A stretch of DNA of 17,940 nucleotides from Amoeboradix gromovi X-113 (lineage: Eukaryota; Fungi; Sanchytriomycota), in NCBI GenBank assembly GCA_018985225.1, contig JADGIF010000137.1, positions 1 to 17,940 of the forward strand, given 5' to 3'. Shown piece after piece: positions 10,122-17,940 of this stretch; the first letter of the stretch is position 1; each line of letters begins with the position of its first letter. The notes beneath the pieces are model-generated. The model saw nothing but the letters and a program-made list of their open reading frames with translations, searched no databases and was not told the DNA's origin. The translations under genes and the position numbers were made by a program.

Positions 10122-12026
10122 ATGCAAAAGAAAGATAGGATTCTAAGCTTTAAAGAAGTATTTGTCTCAACTGGGCAATCAGAGAATCAATCTATACCAT
10201 TGAGTCAACATGATGTAGATGAGTTAACAAAGAAAATGATTGATGCAGCAGCTCTCGGTGACTTAAATCACAATGACAAAAGTATTTTGGCTGCACTTGT
10301 ATATAGATTGAAGGAGCCAAAGTTAATGAAGTCATCCAATCTAAAGAGCGAAACCTATAAAACCTACAGTTACCCTGAAAGTTTTCCAGGATGTTTCGTT
10401 AATCACTCTTGTAAAGCTGAAGATAAATCACCAGCTATGGTACAATTATATAGAGGCAAAGAAGAAGATGATGATTCTCTAGATGTCTATGTCTGTAGAA
10501 CTGATCCGTATGAGAAGCTCGCTGACCATATTACTAACTTTGGATATGCTTATTTCTGCAGATTAAATGAAATAGAAATAGCAATTACCAAAATCATAGA
10601 AGATAAAGTGATTGATTACACCGTATTTTCTCCAATGCCAGAATGTTTTGTACCAAATTCACATTTCTACCAAAATACGGACAACTCATTAAAAAGAGTT
10701 ACTGTAAATGATAAGGATTACTTAGATCAGGTGTTGAAATTAGCGAATTCAATTCAAATTGTTAGAGAAAAAGCAATTTCCAATTATCCTGACTCTATTT
10801 CATTTAACATCAAATCCTTTTATGATAGCGTATATACTCATACTTTGTCATGGACTATGAAGTCAAAAGTAGCCCATCTTGCAACCAATCAAAAAGAATA
10901 TTGGAAATCACCTTGGTTTAACCACTTGGATGGCCTAGTTAGGGATTGCAAGAATAAAGGGACAAAAGGCATCCTAAATGGTTCATTATTATTCCATGAT
11001 ATCATTGAAATGCATTTTAGAGTTATTGATCTTTCGATTTTAAAGATGGCCAAGGAAGCAGGCATAAAAAATGTAATTCGTAGAGGCGACACTTTAGAAT
11101 TCTTTGCCCTGTTGATCGATGCTGATATTTCAAAATATATTAAATTGAAGCTTAAGAAGGTATTGAGTGAGTTCAGATTGAACTTGAATGTTGGTAGTCA
11201 GTCAAAACGCGACGGATTAAAGACTGCACTTCAATATGATAAGGAGCGGTCCAGTCTTGATGTTCTGAACAATGCAGGATTTGATTTACAACTAGCAGCT
11301 CATGTAGTTTTGGCCAAAGTAATCGGTAATGAATACCCTCCGAACCTTCTATATAAAAAGGAGATGTCTACCATTCCCACCCTATTTGCTCATATAATAG
11401 CTCACAACAAATACAATAATCAGTCCGACGATTTGCTTCGACATTGTTTGATCATGTTTCCACAACATTGGCAATACCAAACCACAGTTCAATCCCTTCA
11501 CTATATTTGGTATGCAATATGTAAGGGGCTCCCAAAGACATTCGATCTTTCACACTACAAAGCAAAGACACTTGAGAATGTATTAGAGACATGTGCAGGG
11601 TTTGAGTACCCTTTAAATGCATTGGTTGGCCTTTATAATGCAATTAGTACTAAATCAACTAAAGTGGAAGTAATTTGTAACGATAAGATATTTGAAGATG
11701 AAAGTCTTGCTGTTATTAGGACTATAGACTACGCGAAAGCTATTCGAATAAGAATAGAAGGTGAAATAACAGAAAACGACCAAAAAGTGAAAGCCTTATT
11801 AAAATGCTTTGAAGATGAAGGACTATATGCAACACTGGACAAAATTGAAATGTATACACATCAAGTAGTACTGAAAAGCGGAAAAGGAAATTGGCCTAAA
11901 ATTAAACTGTATGAACCGACAGAGTGGTATATTGAACAATGGGATTCAGAAGAAGGTGCTTTACCTGAAGAATTTATTGAATCCATGAAAAAATTCGAGG
12001 TAAGTATTAAGCCGGTAGCACAATAA
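10122..12026 (+). CDS. Degenerate reverse-transcriptase-like protein of the bacterial Abi/UG (AbiK/AbiA/Abi-P2/DRT) type; transposon cargo
   Basis: 634-aa intact ORF with ordered motifs: FNIKSFYDSVYTHTLSW (cf. DIxxFYxSIYTHxIxW), FNHLDGLV, TKGILNGSLLFHDIIEMHFRVID (cf. TxGIPxGxxxSxxxAExxxxxID), IRRGDTLEFF (cf. YRYVDDxxIF) and LSEFRLNLN (cf. LxxxxLxLN), followed by a helical-looking region. Confidence 0.8.
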   Translation: MQKKDRILSFKEVFVSTGQSENQSIPLSQHDVDELTKKMIDAAALGDLNHNDKSILAALVYRLKEPKLMKSSNLKSETYKTYSYPESFPGCFVNHSCKAEDKSPAMVQLYRGKEEDDDSLDVYVCRTDPYEKLADHITNFGYAYFCRLNEIEIAITKIIEDKVIDYTVFSPMPECFVPNSHFYQNTDNSLKRVTVNDKDYLDQVLKLANSIQIVREKAISNYPDSISFNIKSFYDSVYTHTLSWTMKSKVAHLATNQKEYWKSPWFNHLDGLVRDCKNKGTKGILNGSLLFHDIIEMHFRVIDLSILKMAKEAGIKNVIRRGDTLEFFALLIDADISKYIKLKLKKVLSEFRLNLNVGSQSKRDGLKTALQYDKERSSLDVLNNAGFDLQLAAHVVLAKVIGNEYPPNLLYKKEMSTIPTLFAHIIAHNKYNNQSDDLLRHCLIMFPQHWQYQTTVQSLHYIWYAICKGLPKTFDLSHYKAKTLENVLETCAGFEYPLNALVGLYNAISTKSTKVEVICNDKIFEDESLAVIRTIDYAKAIRIRIEGEITENDQKVKALLKCFEDEGLYATLDKIEMYTHQVVLKSGKGNWPKIKLYEPTEWYIEQWDSEEGALPEEFIESMKKFEVSIKPVAQ

Positions 12027-12219
12027 ACAATTTACTAACACATTTTTAATCTCACTCGATACGTGCAATCTTAACACATGGGATACCGAATATAAAAAAA
12101 CTATACAATATTTATGATTCGGTCTACTAAAACTGACGTAGTTTTATATTTGATGTTCACTTTGATAGCATCACTTTATTACTAAGTAAATTTTCTGAAG
12201 TCAAGACTTGATTGACTAA

Positions 12220-12256
12220 AACATGAAACAACCCCTAGTCTAGTTATTACAGAGTA
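12220..12256 (-). repeat. Right inner (subterminal) inverted repeat
   Basis: AACATGAAACAACCCCTAGTCTAGTTATTACAGAGTA pairs with 7338-7373. Confidence 0.9.
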
Positions 12257-12387
12257 ATAGTGATATTTTATTTAAAACCATTATCGTAAAGCTAGTAATT
12301 ATCCCACCACATTAAAATAAAGACTAGATGAAAGAGTAAGAGAAAAGCTGTACAGAACATTTATTTTTGAAATTTCGATACAATTTG

Positions 12388-12416
12388 TCTAGTCTAGTTT
12401 TTACAGAGCATGTCCC
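12388..12416 (-). repeat. Right outer terminal inverted repeat
   Basis: TCTAGTCTAGTTTTTACAGAGCATGTCCC followed by ATAT; pairs with 7260-7287. Confidence 0.9.
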
Positions 12417-12633
12417 ATATGGTAGCATTGAACATACTTGAAATACGTACAATTTGCCAAAGGGAAGTGGTGACATTCTCTTAAATCCAGGAATTTCAAT
12501 GAGGAATTGATGTAGTTGCAATCCATTAACATTTATATAACTGATGGAGCGGATAATCGCCATGTTTTAACAGATATGCCATGAGGAAGAGACTCAATTT
12601 TTATATGCTTTCAGTGTCTAACACAAAGAAGAG

Positions 12634-12709
12634 CTCCTCGTTAAAAGTCCAGATTTCCGAGAAAATCGAGAATTTCCACAGAGAAACTATCGGTACTAGG
12701 TCTCCGTTG
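12634..12709 (+). repeat. 76-bp dispersed repeat, copy B
   Basis: 68/76 identical to 2169-2244, same orientation. Confidence 0.92.
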
Positions 12710-12849
12710 CAGTGATTGCTCACGCTTTCTCTACCCTGAGGTGGGATTGAATAAGGATGCAGATACTTGATGTATATGTTCCTTGGTGCCATGTGGTCCA
12801 TGTCCACTTCCAAATGACACTATCTTCATGAATAGCTCTCCAAATTGGT

Positions 12850-14883
12850 TTTCTTTAGAGTGCCAAGTATTGTACATGGCATCGAATTTCCGTGTTTGGA
12901 CCAGCTTATCAGTCTGAGACGAATCTATGCTGTACCTGCTAGTTATTTCTTTAGAATTGATTTACCATTTGTGAAAAGGAAGAATATCGAGTATTTGAGC
13001 TATTAGAAAAATCTGGAAAAATCATGAAATTATACAAAAATGCATACAAATTCGCAATAAATGATTTATTCAAGAAAACAATCGAGCTGTACAATGCTAA
13101 GCACTCCAGGTGAGCTTTACCCCTACCAACTTATATTGTCCACACGTCCAGATACGCATCAATTATGCAGCAGTCTATTCAGAGAGCTTTCATAATAGGA
13201 GAATTTGAAAGCTCAATAATTAGTGCTTTAGCAAGGTTTATCACGTCTGAACATTTCATAGATATAGTATAAAGCAATGCTGCAAAGAGGAAAAGTGATG
13301 CTAGTCTCAAAACCATCTAAGCTATTTAGACGGGTTCTCATTTGATTGATGATCCTACGATCTAATTCGCTAAGACGTTCTAGAATTGGAAAGTTGTCGA
13401 GCTTGCTGTTGTTGGGTGTGGTTGCCTTCAGGGATTGCAGTAGAGTAAGAAAGATAAATTGACCAAGAATGGAGGCATTTTTAGTTGGTGATTGCAACTG
13501 CAGGGAATGTAGAGAAGTAGATTATTACTCTTAAGTAACTGAAAATTGTAAACGATGTGGCTAATAAATCCGATTGCTGCATAAATATAAGTGATAGTGA
13601 CGTCTGATGGCTAGTGCTGCATTGAAGGGACAGGATGCATTTATGAGTGCAAAGTTGAATTGCAGTGGGAGTGTATAATGAGTGTGATTTTTGGTGATTT
13701 TTCTGGAATGGCAAACAAGAGCAATAAATTGTAACAATTAATAGCATTTGAAATAACTTCTAGTTGCTTGTTGTATTGCTACTTTTAGTTGAATTTGGAC
13801 TGAATTGCATTTATTTTTGTCTTTCATAATTACATTGAAGAGAGCTCAATACCCAACAAGCAACTAATTTGAGATGGTTACCCATGTCGCAAGTCTGATT
13901 GTAAGCATGTCTTATAATATCATGAGACTCGAATAGATCTGAATCACATTATGACTGTTATAAATGTACAAGTTTATGGTTATACCCAAATTTTGCGTTC
14001 CTTTTGAAACTTCAGATTTGGGAAAATGCATCCACGGATGAGCGTGACATGGCTCCAGGTGTTACTGAACCCTTGCAGTATTGAGATATAACAAATTTGT
14101 AGGAAATGCTTTACTTCCTATTGAAGATGGTCTACTAATTGATAACGAAATTTATTTCACAACTCTCAACAAAACAAAAGAACCAATCGTTTCTGAATAC
14201 ATCAAGAACACTGATGACTTCAGTAATGTTAAATATATTAGTGAGTCAGAAGTTTTCAAGGGTGATAATCGACTAGAACTGGTTCAATTTTTATTGAAAG
14301 AATATAAAATTCAATGTGCTATCAAGCAAAAAGATTCAAATCTTGAGAAGGCGATTAACAAGGTTAAAAATCTGATCTGTGCTGGGATTGATAAATTATT
14401 TACCGACTCTATCAATAATATTGAAGGGATATTGCAGTTAAAGTCGGTTACAAAGAAGACTAAAGATGAGTTACAGATATGCTTAGATAAACTTCGTAAA
14501 ATGAAAAAGACTCATGGTCGGAATGTCTTGAACAGATTCTAATTGGTGATTCAACTTTAACGAATAAACAAGATTGGAATAATGTAGCGCCAAGCTTCAA
14601 TAAAGCAGGTCTGACTGTCTGACAATTTGTCTTGAGTACATGAATAAAGTTAATTACACCAGGGAATCTTCAAATGCTCTTTTAAGCAGAGTTTGCACAA
14701 GAGCAGTGTTTTGGCAAATTGGAGCAAGCCTTTGTTCACGACGAAAGACGTAATATAGAGCGAGCCAAGCGTGAACTCGATAAGAAAATTGGTGGTAACA
14801 ATGGATTTCCTTTAATCGCGCAAATTTCGGCATTGTTTGATGAAGAGCTTCGAGTAAAGCCATTGATGGATATAAATAAATGA
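12850..14883 (+). pseudogene. Degraded protein-coding gene of unknown family (5' boundary approximate)
   Basis: Protein-like stretches in shifting + frames: 12961-13270 (FTICEKEEY...FIDIV with one stop), 14081-14542 ORF, ECLEQILIG...NKAG, TICLEYMNK...NALL, and AEFAQEQ...LRVKPLMDINK ending at TGA 14881-14883. Its 3' part is duplicated at 1-77. Confidence 0.5.
14788..14864 (+). repeat. Exact 77-bp direct repeat, copy 2
   Basis: Identical to 1-77. Confidence 0.95.
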
Positions 14884-15141
14884 TTTTCATTCAAATTACT
14901 TTGTTCTCAGAAAAAACTGATAAACATACCTAAGAATATAAGATACAGCGACTGTCTTTTGTATTAACATTTAAGATATTCAAAGAAGACAAAGGTCAGC
15001 CAATCGATTAATTTAGTCGAGATTTTCCAAGAACTCCAAATATATTGTTAAATCAGTAATAATTTTTGTTGAGTAGGCAACGAAGTTTATCAGTAGAGAA
15101 ATTCTTGTTCGGAAGATAAAATCAACATATTAATACGTTTA

Positions 15142-16245
15142 TTAACACCAGGCATATTTCTTAATGTTGCCCCATTGCTTTTCTTTTGGTCTTACAGCTG
15201 GCCAAGAATCGTTGAGTGTGGTATTTGTCAACTTTGGATACTCATAAGTCCACAATACTATTTTGGGAATGTCGGCTTCATAAGCATATTGTTGGGCGAT
15301 CCTAAGAAGTTCCATCCGCAGTTCGGATTCTGTTGTATCGGATTCTCTACTTATGTTGGTAACTAGATCTAAAATTGCAACATGTTTATATTCCTGAATA
15401 TCGCCGTCTTGCACATTTTCAGTGCTACTCTTCTTATGCAATAGACTCGTCCATAAAATATAACCATACGATCCATCTGGCTTGCTAGTATACGCACCAA
15501 TTCTCAGATGTATTTTAATCGGTACAGCGCCCTCATGATCTACTCTCATTAAGTCACATTTGTATTCTGATGCATTGGAATTCACAGTAATGTCCAGTGA
15601 TTTCCGAGAACACTCAAAGTTCCATGTAGCATTTAGTTCACTCATAGAGCAACTAGGTTTAATTGCAGTACATCTGTAGAATAATTCACGACTAAACGGA
15701 AAACTGAGAACAGTGGTATCATTTATAACTGAAAATTCACAAATCTTGGTATTGATCATGTTTAACTTAGATATGCATTCTAAATCACCCAGTTTTAAAT
15801 ATCTGATCTTTTCATTGAAATTTGAAGCGTTTAAAACGCAGCCTTGGCCTTCGAATGTACGATAATCAAACTTGTTGTAAAAATATTTAACATCCGAGAA
15901 TAACACTGACTTTATGTGATATTGGTCCATTAAGCAAGTCAATTTATCAAATAACAAGGTAGCATAACCTTTTTTACGATGTTGTTTTGGGACAAACACT
16001 GAAGCAATCGACCAAATATTCTCCGTAGAATTGCCAACAACTGCTCTTCTGATATACACCTCCAATGAAGCAACAATAAAACCGTCCAGTACTAGACCAT
16101 ATGGTACTATATGTTGGAATTGGCGACAAAAGTGCTCTCTTTTTGTATATTGCTGGATAGTTAATTCAGCACCCCATTCTTCTTTATTCTGGATCACAGT
16201 TTCCTGATGCTCATCATGGTTGAGTCTTTTGAATGAGATAGTCAT
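15142..16245 (-). CDS. GNAT acetyltransferase, fungal LYC1-like lysine N-acetyltransferase family
   Basis: 367 aa. WG..LT..QY..RE, IVASLE, IASVFVPKQHRKKGYA (acetyl-CoA-binding motif A), SVLFSDV..FY and C-terminal W.N.KKYAWC, as seen in LYC1-like proteins. Confidence 0.85.
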   Translation of the reverse strand: MTISFKRLNHDEHQETVIQNKEEWGAELTIQQYTKREHFCRQFQHIVPYGLVLDGFIVASLEVYIRRAVVGNSTENIWSIASVFVPKQHRKKGYATLLFDKLTCLMDQYHIKSVLFSDVKYFYNKFDYRTFEGQGCVLNASNFNEKIRYLKLGDLECISKLNMINTKICEFSVINDTTVLSFPFSRELFYRCTAIKPSCSMSELNATWNFECSRKSLDITVNSNASEYKCDLMRVDHEGAVPIKIHLRIGAYTSKPDGSYGYILWTSLLHKKSSTENVQDGDIQEYKHVAILDLVTNISRESDTTESELRMELLRIAQQYAYEADIPKIVLWTYEYPKLTNTTLNDSWPAVRPKEKQWGNIKKYAWC

Positions 16246-16280
16246 AGGGAGAGTTTAGTCGCCAAGATGTCTCACCTCAA

Positions 16281-16301
16281 CAAATACAAAAACTAGACTA
16301 A
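16281..16301 (+). repeat. 21-bp perfect inverted repeat, left arm (pairs with 16653-16673)
   Basis: CAAATACAAAAACTAGACTAA vs TTAGTCTAGTTTTTGTATTTG; contains the 12-mer motif. Confidence 0.85.
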
Positions 16302-16509
16302 CTTTCTGAAATAGTTTGAATCATTATTTCAAGTGCGTTAACCAATAGTAAATTAAATTAATCTGACTGGTTCAACTAAGTTATTTTAGTATAAAAGCTT
16401 TTCGTCCATCAAAATCTTAGAAACAATAACTAATAAGAAGAAGAGAAAACAAAAAATAATTTATAGAAATGGTGGCAAGAAGAAAAAGAAAAAGAAAGAT
16501 AATAGTGGT

Positions 16510-16840
16510 AAAGTACTAGATAATGCACCTTTTTCTTACACTCAAAGACCTTATATATTGAAAGATGGGAATGACATTAATGAGAGAAAATTGGTTTGAA
16601 AGAAGGACTTTTATTAATTTCCTCTTTATGGTGCACCTCCATTGAAAACGACTTAGTCTAGTTTTTGTATTTGGTGCCACAAATGAAACATTATGAAAAG
16701 CAAGTTTTGCGACAATAGATCTCATAAAATCAGCAATTATGACCCTTTTTGATGCAATTAACTGAAAAGCGGGATGCGAACTAGCTATTATTCTCTTCAT
16801 TCTTGGCGTCCATAAAATAGCAAATATGAGGGAACTCTAA
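16510..16840 (+). pseudogene. Probable IS630/Tc1-like (DDE_3) transposase remnant
   Basis: VLDNAPF...FPLYGAPPLKTT*SSFCIW in one frame resembles DNAxxH...LPPYSPxLNPIExxFxxW. Several stops and frameshifts. Confidence 0.45.
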
Positions 16841-17026
16841 ATTGTACAATATAATAGGAGCCCAGAGTTCTCCAAATAGCTGAAGAGATGGTGGAAACCT
16901 GAATTAATTAACTCTCCAGAACGAGAACTATCCAAAACGTACTATTGTATAAACTACTCACATTGTGTGACGAAGGAAATTCTGCAGGTGCACTGATTCA
17001 CAGTTAGTGTGATTTAATTAAATTGT

Positions 17027-17521
17027 TTACTTAAAAAAGGAATCACTTTGATTATTAAATTTTTTACGCTTATTTCTGAGAGTGTCCTCTTGACACTCAG
17101 GCCTATGCAGATCATGTTTGATAAGCGTAACAGTAGACAACTCGGATCTAGTCGATGTTATGTAATCCTGAAACACTTTTAGATTATTGTTTTGAGCAGC
17201 TAAATTCTGTAAATACCGTTCTTTTTCATTTTCTAACTGATATGTAAGTTTAATGTTTTTGTGAATTCTTTCCTTAATTTGTACATAAGTTTTCTGCAAA
17301 TTCCTTCGTTCATCACGAGAAAATGAGTTTTCCTTAACTATCAAGTCCATTTCTCTTTTTAAGCTTTTAATCTTTGATTTCTGTTTAAATATGTTCTGTT
17401 GGATTACATCCACTTCGACAGATTTACATTCTATCATTTCTGGTAATCTTTGTAGTTCTTTCTGAGAAATTTCACGTAAACGACTGTGGGAATGGCCCAT
17501 TACACTTGAAACCAAAATCAA
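17027..17521 (-). CDS. Hypothetical coiled-coil protein (164 aa), possibly secreted
   Basis: ATG-started ORF with K/E/Q-rich heptad-like composition and a short hydrophobic N-terminus. Confidence 0.55.
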   Translation of the reverse strand: MILVSSVMGHSHSRLREISQKELQRLPEMIECKSVEVDVIQQNIFKQKSKIKSLKREMDLIVKENSFSRDERRNLQKTYVQIKERIHKNIKLTYQLENEKERYLQNLAAQNNNLKVFQDYITSTRSELSTVTLIKHDLHRPECQEDTLRNKRKKFNNQSDSFFK

Positions 17522-17808
17522 ATTTCATTAACTTTACATGAAGAGCTCTGATTTGTTAAAAAAGCAAGAATTTCCTCAAATAAACTGAGAAAGCCGGCCA
17601 ATTTATTGCAGGGGTTCCTCTCGCTTTTACGTACCTGAGGTCTGATTGAATAATGATTCATATATAATATGCTCATTGCCGCCATTATCTGAGGTCCGCT
17701 TTTCGTCCAGTTTGAAAACAAACTCTCTACAGCCGTTACTTAGACAGTCTCACGGCATCATGCGCGGCAATTGAGAATACAGTGTAACTACTTGGACTCC
17801 TCATGCAT

Positions 17809-17940
17809 GGGACACCAAATATAAAAACTAGACTAACTCGTTTTTAAAGGAGGTGCTCCATATGGAGGAAATGCTATCATTAATAAAAGATCTTCTTCTA
17901 TTATACCAATTTTCTTTCATTGATTGTATTCCTCTTTTTA
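17809..17940 (-). repeat. Diverged inverted copy of 16561-16680 (second IS630/Tc1-like remnant); runs off the window end
   Basis: Aligns over ~120 bp with the reverse complement of 16561-16680, including an 8-bp indel. The minus frame reads LLLMIAFPPYGAPPLKTS*SSFYIW. Three differences across YGAPPL are synonymous (GGT/GGA, CCA/CCT, TTG/TTA). Confidence 0.8.

Larger units (their letters stand above)
7260..12416 (+). mobile_element. Sola1-like cut-and-paste DNA transposon, 5,157 bp, carrying a cargo gene
   Basis: Outer TIRs 7260-7287 / 12388-12416 (GGGACATGCT(C)TGTAAAAACTAGACYAGA, 27/29). Inner IRs 7338-7373 / 12220-12256 (33/37). ATAT immediately outside both ends (7256-7259, 12417-12420), consistent with the 4-bp AWWT target described for Sola1. 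Encloses a Sola1-type transposase. Confidence 0.85.

Noticed and set aside
10122-12026. Bacterial contamination as the source of the RT-like gene
   Set aside because: It is enclosed by the TIRs of a eukaryotic transposon, matches the local AT-rich composition, lacks an obvious Shine-Dalgarno and has AATAAA overlapping its stop. Read-level confirmation is still needed.
10019-12219. Retron, group II intron or DRT non-coding RNA associated with the RT-like gene
   Set aside because: No retron NAxxH/VTG motifs, maturase features or evident structured inverted repeats in the short AT-rich flanks. A covariance search could still find something I cannot see.
7338-12256. Inner IRs with TA ends as the boundaries of a Tc1/mariner element
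   Set aside because: A better outer TIR pair with ATAT flanks exists, and the enclosed transposase is Sola1-type rather than Tc1/mariner.
12961-13610. Runs of in-frame TAA/TAG that read plausibly as Gln, suggesting an alternative genetic code or RIP-like mutation
   Set aside because: All long ORFs are open in the standard code and several end in TAA. The stop density here is not clearly different from AT-rich background, and TGA stops and frameshifts also occur. Ordinary pseudogene decay is enough.
13570-13640. SDSDV resembling the XPG/PIN nuclease DSD motif in the pseudogene
   Set aside because: A single short motif in a broken frame, without the other acidic motifs.
1-14864. 77-bp or 76-bp direct repeats as LTRs of the gypsy element
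   Set aside because: No TG...CA ends, PBS or PPT. The 77-bp unit looks like coding sequence, and the spacing encloses unrelated genes.
280-15366. Antisense or overlapping short ORFs in the track (e.g. 280-573, 966-1361, 3196-3426, 6495-6866, 10889-11092, 15175-15366)
   Set aside because: They are shadows of well-supported ORFs on the other strand or frame and have no motifs.
1-17940. CRISPR array, tRNA or rRNA genes
   Set aside because: No regularly spaced repeats or recognisable structural-RNA sequence seen.

Overview
AT-rich, apparently intron-free eukaryotic DNA, most likely from an early-diverging fungus. This is inferred from a LYC1-like GNAT, a Ty3/gypsy remnant, a Crinkler-like NTPase-nuclease and an LRR receptor-like protein. 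The main result is a fully bounded 5,157-bp Sola1-like DNA transposon (7260-12416) with ATAT on both flanks and bipartite terminal inverted repeats. It carries a transposase with a mutated third catalytic Asp and an intact 634-aa cargo ORF. The cargo has the motif series of bacterial Abi/UG (AbiK/AbiA/Abi-P2/DRT-type) antiphage reverse transcriptases, but two of its three catalytic Asp are replaced. Around it are a gypsy pol fragment fused to a duplicated gene end, a degraded ~2-kb pseudogene, two inverted IS630/Tc1-like remnants and a 76-bp dispersed repeat. A 12-mer, AAAAACTAGACT, is strongly over-represented (6 exact and 2 one-mismatch copies, all outside the long ORFs). All family assignments come from motif recognition by eye; no searches were run.
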